Positions 28,001-41,400 of a DNA stretch of 64,000 nt are shown here, in pieces. This DNA comes from Marsupella aquatica. Its lineage: Eukaryota > Plantae > Marchantiophyta. The stretch lies in assembly GCA_973895155.1 (NCBI GenBank), contig OZ316892.1:4548510-4612509 (forward strand), given 5' to 3'. The position numbers and the translations under genes were made by a program. The stretch's first letter is position 1, and the number at the start of each line of letters is the position of its first letter. The notes under the pieces were generated by a model that saw only the letters and a list, made by a program, of their open reading frames with translations, did not search any database and was not told the origin of the DNA.

Positions 28001-30062
28001 CACGGGGAGGCCATAAAAAATTCACTCCCTACACCACGCCGAGACAACAGCGTGGAGCTTCTTCCAGCACAGCAGCTGTTGGTCATCAGGAATCTATTTG
28101 CACATCGGAAACTGCAATACGTCGTGAAGAATGATTCTCTATTTTTTGTGACAGATGTTCCAGAGTCACAGATTATTCCCAGCACTTCTCAGACTGTAGG
28201 GGAGAGCCAGATGATCGCAAAATCAGATGGATCAAGTCAGTCTTTCCATAAGATCATAGTCAGACCTAATATGGAGAGCCTCCTTACACACCAAAAAAGT
28301 ATTTTGAAGCAGAAGTATGTCGAAGAGCATCTTACTGTTTACAATCGTTCTAATCCTCGGGAAAAATATACTGTGAGCTTGCGCATCACAGCTGGACATC
28401 TACGCAATTTTTTTGCCGCGCCAGGGTATGTTTCCTTGTAGCTATTTGTGTGAATTCGTGGAGAGTAAATTTATTCTTTCATCCGTCTATTCATGCTTCT
28501 GAATGGTCTCATGCAAAGTTTCATGCAGCTCCAGAGAACACTTAATGAACCAGAAGACGCTAGATTAATGTCCTTACATACGATTTCAATCCTTTTGAAC
28601 CGAGTAGCTTATGAGGATCTTCATTCAGTGACAACTTTGTGGATTGCTTATAAACGTGTTTTCATTGTGCAGGCGGAAAAATTCGTACCCCTTTAGTCGC
28701 CTTGAGCTATTAATCACAGGCTTCTTAAGTGCCTTCTACTCTCTGACGAGCCATATCCTATCCAGCATAGCCCCTGACAAGTTGCACGCAGAACAACTAC
28801 AGGACGCGAGACTAGTCAGTCAAGAAGGAGCCTTCAGGATGGGCAGATTATCAAATCAGGAAGTCTTGTCCAAGAAAAATGAAGCTATCTTTCAGTCCCT
28901 CGAAAAGTGGCTGGAGTCCTGTGTCTCTGGTTACTCTTCAAAAGACTACGATTCTCTCTTCTTTGACTTCCACTACTTAACAGGTATGCTATATATATCT
29001 GTGTCTGCTTTTCAGCAGAGTTTCCATTTCGTCATGCTTTGACTAGCCGGCCTAGTATGATGATCCCTTTGACCCATTTATCCATCTGGGGGTACTTGTC
29101 AATCATAACCAATTGCACATCCTGAGAAATTTTTGTGCTTTTAGGTAGCGTGCATAATGCCAAATTCATAGTAATGGGGAGAAGAGGCTGTCCGCTTACA
29201 TAACTCATTGCTCCATCATTGGCTCCTCATCGTTCAGCCTTCTTTTTAAGGGCAGAAGTTCTGGAGGAAAGCCATCTTGACTTAGATTGTAGAATGGTGT
29301 CGTCTTTGTACTCTCACGGGAGAATTTGGATATGGAGCAAGAACTTGTGGTGTAGGTAGTAATATTCTGACTAGTTTATTGGTTTTCTTGGATGCAGATG
29401 AACTTGTATTCTATTGCTTAAAAGAACGCTGGAGTAGAGGTGGTGCCACATTGGAACTTGCAACTGTGCAGCTGGCAAAGCTCCTCTATTGTGCTCTGTA
29501 TCGCTCCCAAGTAAGTATATTTGCAATTAGTTTATTAAGATAAACTCCGAGGAATTGAAATCTTTATCAGTGAACAAATTGACTGCTGTTTAGGGTTTAG
29601 CACGTTTCAAGTTTTGAAAAGAAATTCTCCTCGATCATTGAAGGATTTGGAACTAAATAAGTGTTCTTTTTCTATATGGTACAGATTTTTCAGATGTGTC
29701 TGGATTGTTGCAAGTATTTTTCCTCCAACGAGTTCCTATCATCCTCTCTTGCATCAGATTATGAGGCTGAGGGAGTTTCAAAGCTCCATTCTGATTCCCT
29801 TGAAGCTGGAGAATTGAGGCTTTACACTAGTAAGCTTGGATCAGAAAACATAGACAAGCAGTCGGATATTATGTCCACCCCAAAGCATTGTCTTAGATTT
29901 CTTGAGGATTGGACAGGACAACTACGTCATTTCCTGTCCTATTTCCCAGACAGCCGTGATGATTTGATCCCTCTTCGAGAGCTCAGCCAGAAGAATCAAG
30001 ATTCAATTATTTCTTGCCGTCAAGCCTTAGATAGAAAACAACAAATTTTCCTGTACAAATGA
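13054..30062 (+). CDS. Giant (about 3,679 aa) uncharacterised protein of tandem ASH/PapD-like Ig-fold domains (Hydin/CEP192/CFAP47-type repeat), 29 coding exons
   Basis: Hand-assembled exons, all in phase: 13054-13220, 13951-14101, 14302-14460, 14605-14952, 15052-15234, 15313-15444, 15555-15737, 15871-16092, 16291-16700, 16953-17156, 17307-17480, 17657-18002, 18187-18375, 18581-18697, 18854-18989, 19142-19896, 20116-20208, 20389-20490, 20769-24464, 24621-24692, 24835-25305, 25567-26332, 26569-26719, 27063-27272, 27471-27579, 27734-28425, 28673-28983, 29398-29510, 29685-30062 (11,040 nt). A (L/I)(D/N)(F/L/M)G motif followed by hydrophobic-x-N-x-S/T recurs, e.g. LNFGDCNIGSTKSATFEIINLS, ISFGKMLTNEHRAKTLVLNNIS, IDFGTVTLGEWSRPQGIVILNNS, IDMGEVYYNFWYRNRSFVVVNE. 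The start ATG could instead be 13072. Confidence 0.8.
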
Positions 30063-30412
30063 TGATGTCATAGTGCAGTTGCTTCATGTACGATAGTAGA
30101 AAGTAGTGAGCAAATTAGTTAGTACAGACATTAGGTGACCACAACGGCTCATCTAAACGAGGGAAATAGATGCAAGAGCAAGCGTAGTGGCAGGTTGGGT
30201 GCCTACACATGCTTGTAGAAATGCTGGAGCTTGGATACCTTTCCAAATGTAATTACTCTAGTTACAACTGTTTTCGCACAGGATGCTGTGCAGAGTCTAA
30301 AATTTCAACTGGATACTGCTGTTTGTCAAACCTTCCGGGATTCATACCAGTAGTCAGAGAGTACATTGGAAATACCAAAATGCTGGGGTCGGGTAACTGC
30401 ACATCAAAGTAC

Positions 30413-30680
30413 GACATATACAATGCACACAATGACAAACCTCACACCATATATTATCACATTTTGATGTATGAGAATAGGACATATACAATGCACACCA
30501 TGACAAACCTCACACCATATATTATCACATTTTGATGTATGAGAATAGGACATATACAATGCACACCATGACAAACCTCACACCATATATTATCACATTT
30601 TGATGTATGAGAATAGGACATATACAATGCACACCATGACAAACCTCACACCATATATTATCACATTTTGATGCATGAGA
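30413..30680. repeat. 68-bp tandem repeat, about 4 copies, downstream of the giant gene
   Basis: GACATATACAATGCACAC... units start at 30413, 30481, 30549 and 30617 and are nearly identical. Confidence 0.95.
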
Positions 30681-33032
30681 ACCAGCATGGAAAGTGCTCT
30701 ATGGAGGTTTGTTTTTATGCAAATTATGTTTTGGGTCAGTCTCATCACCACTTTAGTCTCAAAGTATCATTGTCCATCACAAAACGGGGATCCACCAAGT
30801 TTCACCATTTTTAGTAACCTGGATCCACCAAGTTTCACCATTTTTAGTATATTTTTCCTGGAGCAAAGTTTCACCCTATAGGAAAAGAATGTGAAAAAAG
30901 GAGAAGTTTTATATGGCTAGTGGTGGTTTAATTACACTTCGTGCCAAGGTAGAAAAGGTTTGGTATAGGGATGTTGCCATATGGCAAACCCACTCTGATC
31001 TGGGGTCTGCAATTTTATTGTACCCCCTTTAATTTTATAATTAATACATTTTATTGTACCCATCCCTATCCATATATATATCATTCCAGTTTTCTTTTTG
31101 ATGAGTCCCACCACCCCATCCTATGAAAGATCGTTGCACACTGCATGTCATAGAGTTGACCGTATCACCCTCACATGTCTTAACCACTATTTTATGGAAA
31201 TCACCTAACAAACATCACTCAAAAGTCTTCATATGGGGATCTAAATATATCTTTATACATACAAACATATATCTGACCTGATCACACTCAGGTTCTTACC
31301 CACCATTATATAAAAAGTCACCTAACAAACGTTACTCAAAAGTCTTCATATGAGGATCTAACGATACTTCTATAAGTACATAGTATTTGGATCTCATCTA
31401 CATACTTCATACATTATCTAGTGCAAAGATTCTTTGATTGTACCAAATTTCATAATAATTGTACAAGGACAAGGATGTTCAGTATTTTAACTTATTTTCA
31501 GGATTCTGATGTTACTACTGTTAAATAGTATGATGTGTAAATATTGTTAAAATTATTAATAGATAATTATAACAACAAAACTGAAGATGAACATGCTATT
31601 AAAGTTATTGACAGTGCTATACGGTCAATACACCTTTCAGTGTTTTGTCTTACTAAGAATTGTTGTCATAAATTTTTACTGTAATCTGCCATAGCAAGGT
31701 GCATCACTTTATTATCTACATTTTATATTACTTTGGCACCTTTCTAAATGTTGTTTTATCTTCCTAAGCTATAGCTCTCCTTCCCCACTACATATAGTTT
31801 TCAATGCAATGCATTTGAACCCTTTAGCAGATTTTATGAAATTTCTTGAAATTCTAGGGTGAATGAGAGAGAATTGGTACTTAGAGAAGTGGTCCTGCTT
31901 TGAGTAGTCCTCAAACTTTTGTTTGCCAAGCTTATCTTTTTAATTGTCATTACCTAAAGCAAGGGACTATCTTCTGTACCTTATGTGCACAATTTTTGAC
32001 TGATTTGAACAAGGAAGCCTAAAATTACCTGTCTCAACAAGTCCATTTCATTCATGTGGTTTTTATACTAGAATTGACTTTCTGTGATAAGAACAACCTC
32101 ATGAGCATAGAATATAAAATCTCGATGGACTGAGGAATTTGTCCTACTGGTCACCGTGGGCTGCATAAAGTCATCAGCCAGTTTGCACAGAAAAAAAATG
32201 TCTGGCTGTTATTGGATGTTATTGGAAGGATGCGTCACTTTTGAGAGGACATATCTAGTAGATTTTCTGCGCATCCCAACCAACTGTAACGTCTGCTGTT
32301 TTCTGGTACATTTGTGCATCTAGCTGGACGGCCTTTAGACCTCTATTCAAGCTCAAATCTGGCCACTGTGACCTACAAAGTTTAAGAATCTACTGAGGTC
32401 ATTTGCTCCATTTACAATGAGCACAAAAATGGAAAAATATTATACACCAACTGCCAGTGGACGATTCACTTTTGTGAAAGACACATTGAGTATTTGGGCA
32501 TGATCAACGACCCACTACTGGGTAAACCAATTGAAACAGGCTGCAAATGGTCAGAAGCCCATTAATAGGTCATATTTCTGTCAAATGGAAAAAGGTGCTT
32601 TCCGAGTATTTAGGTCATATTTCTGTCAAAATGGAAAAAGGCACTTTCCGAGTATTTTTGGATTTCTGCCTAAGTCCATCTCAGCTTTAGAAATCCATCA
32701 GTGCTTCACAGCAAAGCCTTGCATGAGCATACCTTCTTTGTTATTTGGCAATGAAAGGGAAACCTCAAACCACACAGCTGGCTTGAGGACAAAACCCTCA
32801 GTTTTTACTTATTTATTTATATAATTTCTATACAAGTACCTGTGATCATCTACAACTTGTCACCCTTTGAACCGGAGGCCACTGATTGGAGAGTCAAACT
32901 TTTGCAATACACATGAACGTCTATGAGCATCCCTTTGATGGGACCTTAGAAGTCATTGTGCAGAGACGGGCCTTGGTAAGATTAGTTTTCACTTGAGGGG
33001 CCCTATAAGAGTATAAGTCTTTGTAGGATGGG

Positions 33033-33510
33033 TACTTTTTAAATGGATGTGGCAGTTTGATATATAACTTTTAATTTAAAGTATGAATGGCCAGTCACTC
33101 TCATCTAAAGCCAACCCCGTCCTGCCACATCCATTTAAAGTTTAAATGGCTAGTCACTCTCATCTAAAGCCATCCCTGCCACATTCATTCAAAAAGTGAA
33201 TGGCCAGTCACTCTTCCCTAAAGGCAACCCTGTCCTGCCATTTGAAATGAGTGGTCCCGATTAATCTAATACATGAAAGGAAGTGAGGGGCAACAATGGC
33301 CCTTGATGTACATGTCGTGGGCCCAGGAGTATCTCAAAAGTAGCACAGAAAAGCTGACACGATGCTAAGAGGGACTCTAATTGGGGGAGAAAATGAATTT
33401 GCTAATTGGACAAACGGCCCAGGAGTATCTCAAAAGTAGCACAGAAAAGCTGACAAGATGCTAAGAGACACTCTAATTGGGGAAGAAAATGAATTTAAAA
33501 ATAGGACAAA
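33033..33510. repeat. Small inverted and direct repeat cluster plus an approximately 97-bp tandem duplication
   Basis: TTTAAATGGATGTGGCAG (about 33038) pairs with CTGCCACATCCATTTAAA (about 33122). ATGG(C/T)..AGTCACTCT occurs three times. GGCCCAGGAGTATCTCAAAAG occurs at 33319 and 33416. Confidence 0.75.
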
Positions 33511-35430
33511 TGCTATGCAGCCAAATTTGATGCTGCCCATTTACTTTCTCAGGTGAAATATGCTGAGGCCTTTTTTTAATATTCTCTGAAAAACACAGCA
33601 GTCAACTCATACTGTAGGTGCACTCAGTATTTTGGAATAATAGACGTAGCTACAGTTGATAATAAGAGCAAACTAATAAATTCCGAGCATTATGTGCAAT
33701 AATAACCCCTCAAAATTCAAGCTGAAGCTCTCACTTTTGGGCATTATATCCCGTAATGCCCTCTACACAGGTCTTTAGTGTCCACTCAGTGCCACTTAAT
33801 TTTTCCTTTTGTATTTTTCAGGGAATTATTGAAGAAGAATGGGAGAAGGATGCCCCGATCAAGATTGTATCATCTCTTTAGGGATACTTTCCTCTACTTA
33901 TAATAAAATTAGTAGAAATATAAATCTCATGTCTTTAAAGCATCACTGTCCATGACAAAACCTAGATACACCAGATTTCACCATTTTTTTGGTATATTTT
34001 TGTAAAGTTATGGAGAAAAGTCTCACCCTAGAGGAGAGAAATCTTGTACATTTCTCTTTTATATGGCCAATGGTGGTTTAAGTATATTAAGTTACTCGTT
34101 CCTGGGCAATGATAACCCCTCAAAACTCAGCTCATGTTTATTTGGGGCGGTAAGTATATTAAGGTACTATTTCCTGGGCAATAATAACCCCTCAAAACTC
34201 AGCTCATGTTTAGTTGGGGCATTAGGGTATCCCAAAGCTTGGCCTCAACAAGATAAGATCCTCCCATAACTCAAGTATTATGGGAACTCCCGTAAAAGTT
34301 ATGGGAGCCGATCTCTGACTACCGTAGGAAAGCCCGCAGGCCAACACTTAACTCGTAACTTCTCTACAACTTTAGACAGAAACCTAGAAATTCGGAAATC
34401 CAAGACTCCGGAACTTTGGAAAGCTGCAACTGAAGACACGTGGGATTTGCTCATGACGTGATGATCACTGCTGCATTTCAGGCGACGACTTATCAAGAAT
34501 TGAGGAAAAAAACAATATATGCTATGAGACAAGTGAGGCAACTCCTGCCTTATGGGGCGGGTCAATGTTATCTCCCCCATTTTTTAAATTTATGGGGCGG
34601 GTCAATGTTAACTCCCCCATTTTTTAAATTGTAATGTATGGAATATATCACAAATGGGTAACTTTCACTAGAGACGCACTATTATAACACACAACGCCCT
34701 GCAAAACAGGACATTACTATATATATATACACAAGCTCGAAACGACGGCCTAATATTTCGCAGGCACGAAGCACAGAATCCTCGAGAGAGAGCGAGTGGC
34801 AAAACAATCTTGTGCTGCACGCAAAGCACCACAATCATGAAGCGGGATTGGATGGGATTATTCATAGACTCGTGATTTGAAGGAAGAGGATGGAGGAAAG
34901 TGTGACAGAACTTCCTCAGTTCCTCTGCTCTACTCTACTCCACTCTATTATTACTGTACTCTCTACTCATGAGCAGCTCAACACAGAGTCAGGGGAAGTG
35001 CGTGCGAAGGAGAATCAGGTAGGAAGAACAGAGAGAAGACTGGAGAGGGGAACAATGATGTGAAAAGCTTCGGCGAGGAGCCGCTCTAATGTCCTTCGAA
35101 TGTTGCTCGCAGACAAGGGGAGGAGGAAATTGATGCATCAGAGAGTGGAGCGGAATTCTTTCGCAGAATTTGCGAAGGAGAGGAGATAATCCTCTGAGAA
35201 TAAAGCTATTACACATTTCCTGAGAGGAGAAAGAGGGGGAATCGTAATAGAGAGCCGTAATTGAATTTGGGATCCGGGCCAGGCTTACACACGGAAGGAC
35301 ATCAGGAGCTTCTGCCAGCAAGTTCTTATCATTGCTTTTTTCCTACACTCTGCAATTGGCTGGCGCTCAGGAAGCAGGTCGCATTGGATGGTTGGCAACA
35401 GGATTGTGAGCAAGATAGAGTGATCTAACC

Positions 35431-38400
35431 ATGGGGTCGTTGGAGCTCGATTCCGAGATTCCTGCAATTGATCGTGCTGATCGCAAACGAGAGGAAACGC
35501 CGATAGTTTTCATCAATGGGAAGCGCCGAATTCTGCCGAAGGATTTGGCTCACCTTACTCTGCTTGAGTACCTTCGAAGTGAGTGCCCAGTCATCTGAGC
35601 AATTAGCCACCAGCTCATCATTCTATCAGTCATAGCTCTCTCTCTGCTGAAGTGGCGTAGCCGTTTAGTCAGCTCAGGAAGTTTTGGATGTTTGCATCTC
35701 ATTAAGATTCTTCGCTTGTGATTATCCTGAAGAAAGTTCATGCGCCTCCCTTTAAGCAGTTTCATAAGTTAGCTGAGCTTGATTAGGGCGCCTCTGTTGA
35801 TCTCTCAATTAAATGAGGATGGCATTTACGTATAGTTGCAGCTGAGATCCACGATGTTCAATCTGTGGATTAAGACATTCCTACCACGGCCAATATTGCC
35901 TGAATTTCTGCGTTACTCCAGTTGAAATTGAAAACATCTGATCGTTATTCTAAATTGACGATAGTAGTCGAAAGGTTTTCTGCCTTGACATATTTGTACT
36001 CTGGGGACTAAATTGAATTGAACATTCAAACCGCTCTCTGCCGCAAGGTGTCTAAATTTGGAGGATGAATTGGGTTCTGCAGGGGAGGGTCTCACTGGAA
36101 CAAAGCTGGGGTGTGGGGAAGGTGGATGCGGGGCTTGCACTGTGATGGTCTCACACTTCGATTCTGTGCAAAATTCTGTGGTGTACGGGTTCATAACACT
36201 TTACACATGTTTTGTTTGTTTTTGGCTTCGCTCTCAAGCAGCGTATTTCTCATTCTTTCAGACGTAGATGTGTGTGAGATCTTCTGTCCTTCCTGTGATT
36301 CGTCGTGTTCCCTCATCTCTCTTCTGGTCACCATTTTCCCTTTTGCCCGGTGCCTCGTTCTCCGAACCAAGTCAAGTTTATGCTTGGATTATGCTGTACA
36401 ATGCAAACAGTCTACAATTCCCGACTAGTATGTCTGGAAAATGGCTAGTGATTGCACAATTCAGCAGCACTGCCGAGGACGAAAAGTTTGGAACGCCCTT
36501 CTTCATCATTAGATTGTCGATGTGATGCAGGTACCGAGCAGTCAATGCTTGTTTGGCCCCATTGTATTCCGTGGAAGGTACGCATGTGGTAACTGTTGAA
36601 GGCATCGGTGATCGTCGCCGTGGCTTACATCCTGTCCAGGTAGGATGAAATGCTGGAATGTTGTGGCCGCTGAGTAATTCGGCAACCGTTTGCCTTTCTT
36701 TTATGTTCCATAAACCAAAGTTTGTCATATGTCTATTCATTCAATAGTCCAGAGAGACAGCTTGAGAAAATTCCCTCAGTGAACTCATTTTTAAGAGAAA
36801 CGTCGAACTATGCGGTTTTAAGAATAATCTACTGTACTACGACTACCTCTGTTACCCCCTATATGGCCTATAAGTTTAATAAAGACATTAAGTTTATAAT
36901 TAATAAATTTTAGTTGAGGAAAAGCCATTTCTAAAACACCACCTCCATGTCCATACACTTCGCTTAAAATTCCTCCACTCTAACATTCTAAACATTCAAT
37001 TTGAAATGGAATGAAATCAGCAAATCTTTCGTTGAGTCCTGTTAGTTGTTACTCTATTAGCCCATGCATAGGGCAAGATTCAAATAGAGTACACCTTGCA
37101 CATGTACGCAAAGTGGACCGTCCACAATGTGTAACAGAGGTAGCAAAGGGTTTGGTAAATCCGAGGTAGATCAGGGGTAGATGCACTCGTGAAGAATGTT
37201 GACCTGAAAAGTAAGCATTGTATGTGGAGATTTCAAGCAGCACTTCTAGTAGAGTCTTCAGTGTGCTGCAGTGTGCAGTCATGCTGGTACTACTGTTGGT
37301 CTTTGCGATGTATATTCACAACAGACTGTTGAATTTTTTGATGCAGGATGCGCTTGCTAGTGCTCATGGTTCTCAGTGTGGGTTTTGTACTCCTGGCTTT
37401 GTCATGTCAATGTATTCCCTGTTAAGGGCATCAAGTAGAGCTCCAACAGAAGAAGAAATCGAAGACGCCTTAGCTGGAAATTTGTGCCGATGCACTGGTT
37501 ATCGTCCAATCTTGGACGCCTTTCGAGTGTTTGCAAAAACTGACTCTGCTCCATACACTAATGAAGCACTCGAGGCAAATGGATGCATCGCCCCCATCAC
37601 GAGTTCTGGGAAAGATGGTGGAGCAATGTGCCCTTCGACTGGGAAGCCATGTGATTGTGGGAAAGTTGCAGCAGACAATCACGTGCATGGTGGTCCCAGG
37701 AAACATGGAAATTCTGCACGGCCCACATCTGGTGAACCGATATTTCCCCCTGGGTTACTGACCAGAAAGAACCTTCCGCTGTCTTTGACAGGCCAAAATG
37801 GCTTGAGATGGTACCGCCCTTCTACACTAGATGAACTGTTGGATCTAAAATATCGCTATCCTGATGCAAAATTGGTAACTGGAAACACTGAGGTTGGTAT
37901 TGAAGTACGATTCAAGCGATTGAACTACCCTGTCTTGATTTCCCCAGCACAAATACCCGAGCTCAATAAAACACAAATCACCGAAGATGGTCTGGTGATT
38001 GGTTCAGCTACAACATTATCGGGCCTCGTTGACGTCGTGAAGAAGTGTGTGAAGGAGAGAAGATCCTATCAAACCTCTACATGTACAGCAATCATGAACC
38101 AACTGAAGTTCTTTGCGGGAGTTCAAATCAGAAATGTTTCTTCAGTCGGTGGAAACATATGCACTGCGAGTCCCATTTCAGATTTGAATCCTGTGTGGAT
38201 AGCAGCAGGAGCAACATTTACGATATGTAGTTACGGTGGCGTATCAAGGACTGTAAAAGCCAGTGAATTTTTCTTGGGTTACCGCAAGGTTGATTTAAAG
38301 AAAGGAGAAATTCTCGCCTCCATATTTCTACCTTGGACCAGAGAATACGAATATGTGAAAGAGTTCAAGCAGGCACATCGTCGAGATGATGATATTGCCC

Positions 38401-41400
38401 TTGTTAATGCAGCAATGCGTGTTCATTTACAGGACAAGGCAGGTACATGGACTGTTGTAGACGCCTCGTTGGTATATGGTGGGGTAGCAGCAGTGTGCTT
38501 AAGTTCCAATCAGACATCACAGTATCTGAAAGGCAAAGCTTGGACCAAATCCACGGTGGAAGAGGCTCTTGTTTGTCTTCAAGAGGATGTCAAGATGAGT
38601 GACAATGCCCCTGGTGGGATGGTTGAGTTTCGTAAGTCCTTGGTGACAAGTTTCCTCTTCAAGTTCTTTCTACACGTTACATACAGGCTTGAGCAAGATG
38701 CGAAGTTTGAGCATGGCTTGCCAGAAAGTTACAGGTCAGCTGCTGCTCCATATGAGCGAGAAACGCCACGCGGTTTGCAGGCCTATGGAATTCAAGAACT
38801 TGGCGCTGGTGTTGGGCAACCCCTGATGCATATGTCTGCAGAGCTCCAGGTAAATTTCTGCCTAGCACCTCTTTAACATTAATGACCAGTTTGATACATT
38901 GTCTTGCATGTTAAGCTTTGATTTATTTGTGTCTTCAGTAAATGACCTACTTTACAAATAACTTCTGAATTATCTATAGAGGCATAGTTCTGTGTTTCTC
39001 TTTCTCTCGCAAAGTTGGATGTTTTTTGTGGTCTGGGGCTAATGCTTGGATAATGTAGGTGACGGGAGAGGCAGAGTACACAGATGATGTTCCAGTGCCT
39101 CCAAACACTCTTCATGCAGCCTTAGTACTTAGTACCAAACCTCATGCTCGCATCCTTGCTATTGATACATCAAAAGCAGAGGAATGCCCAGGATTTGAGA
39201 GTTTTTTCAGTGCCAAGGATGTACCAGGTGGAAATGACGTAGGGGCTGTGATACCTGACGAAGAACTTTTTGCAACAGATTTCGTCACATGTGTTGGCCA
39301 GGTAGACTCCAGGATAGACCGTTGTTTTCTGCTTTCATTGAGCTAGTTACCAATTTCATGATGACTGAAGATATTTGGGCACGCTTGTAAAGTAAACCAG
39401 TAACTCAAGAGTCCTATTGGACCTCTTTTCTTGTTGAAGGTAATTGGTATCGTGGTAGCAGATACGCATGAGAATGCAAAAACAGCGGCACTGAAAATTG
39501 TTGTTCAGTATGAGGAACTTCTAGCAATATTGAGCATCGTGGAGGCTGTGGCAGCTAAAAGTTACCATGAACGCTTTCATCAAGGACAAGGAGGCTCGGA
39601 GCGATTGCTAGTAGAAGGAGATGTGGATGGGTGTTTTGCAAATGGGGAGTGTGACCATATCTTAGAAGGTGAAGTTCAGATGGGTGGCCAAGAACATTTT
39701 TACTTGGAACCCAATACCACGCTAGTGTGGACTGCAGATGGTGGCAATGAAGTACATATGATTTCATCTACTCAGGTGAGAACTCTTCATTCTGACACAT
39801 GGGATGGAATGCAATTGTATCCTGGTGCAGGTAATTGGTAGCTCAATTATGTATTTATCTTACTCTCAATTAATTGTGCGAGAGTATCTCTTTTGAATAT
39901 GCACTCAATCCTCTCAACCATATTTCACGCAGGCACCCCAAAAGCATCAGAAATGGGTGGCGCATGTGCTTGATCTTCCCATGAGCAAAGTCGTGTGCAA
40001 AACAAAGCGAATTGGTGGCGGTTTTGGGGGCAAGGAGACGAGATCAGCCATGGTTGCTGCTTTAGCTTGCCTCCCAGCGTATTTGTTGCGGAGACCGGTC
40101 AAGCTCACTTTGGACAGAGATATTGATATGATGATCACTGGTCAAAGGCATGCGTTCCTGAGTAAATATAAGGTACCTCTATGAAACGACTTCGGCAAAT
40201 GTGCTTATTTGTCACCTACCTCCAATTTGTCCCCAAAACAATGTCGAGTGTCGTATTCTGTTGCATCTAGCATCTGGTACCAAAATGTGGGTTAGTTTTT
40301 CCCTTTGATGCCAAAATTTGATTTTCAACAGAGTATGGAACATAGAGCTGTGCGATTTGCCGCACTGTACAATCAGACACGCTTTAACATCGCTTGAAGC
40401 ATGATGTTTTTGGAAGAAGGCATTTTCCTTTCTGCTGCTTAAGACTTCCTTTCCAATATGTTCACCCTTATTGCAGGAGACCTGGATTTTGGTGATGAAT
40501 TGTCTATGCTTTGCAGGTTGGATTTACCAAAGAAGGGAAGGTTTTGGCTTTGGACTTGGATATGTACAACAATGGAGGCTCCTCATTGGACTTGTCACAT
40601 TCCATTCTTGAGAGGGCAATGTTTCACTCTGATAATGTTTATGTGATACCTAATGTCCGTATAGAAGGGAAGGTCTGCAAGACTAATTTATCGAGCAACA
40701 CTGCGTTTCGAGGATTTGGGGGTCCTCAAGGGATGCTTATTGCCGAGAACTGGATGGAGAGAATTGCTCGCGTTGTCAATCGACCCCCCGAATATATTCG
40801 GGTAGAATCCCATTCTGGCTACCTCCCATTCCTATTTTATGTGTCGGTCACAGCTATTTTATTTGCTGATGAGCGCTAGCAATAAAACTTACTCCAACGT
40901 ACAAACATTTTAACTTGAAAGTGCCATGAATGATTGTCACAAGCAATATGCTAGCGTCCAGCACTGTAATAGGCACACTCCATAAAAGCAGTGGCATATG
41001 AGGATTCCTTCAGTTGAGTTGTCAAGATTCAGGGCAGTGCTCTGGCTTCAATTATATAGAAATGGGAGTTCTAACACATCTGATGAACAGGAACTGAACT
41101 TTCACAAGGAAGGGCATACGGTACATTATGGACAGAAAATGGAGCATTGCACCATTCAAAAGGTGTGGACTCAGTTGAAGTCATCGTGTGAATTTGACAA
41201 ACGACGTGCTGAGGTTGATACTTTCAATAAGAATAATCGCTGGAAGAAAAGAGGGATTGCGATGGTTCCCACCAAATTTGGCATCTCATTTACAACAAAG
41301 TTTCTTAACCAGGTGCGGCGTGGGCCCGAGAATCTCTATTGGAAATAACGAGCAACGTGATTGGAGAGTTATCCATTCATGCTCTTGCTTTTAGCTGAAA

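Noticed and set aside
31900-32830. Moderately GC-rich stretch that might be a decayed gene
   Set aside because: No convincing frame, splice pattern or recognisable motif was found.
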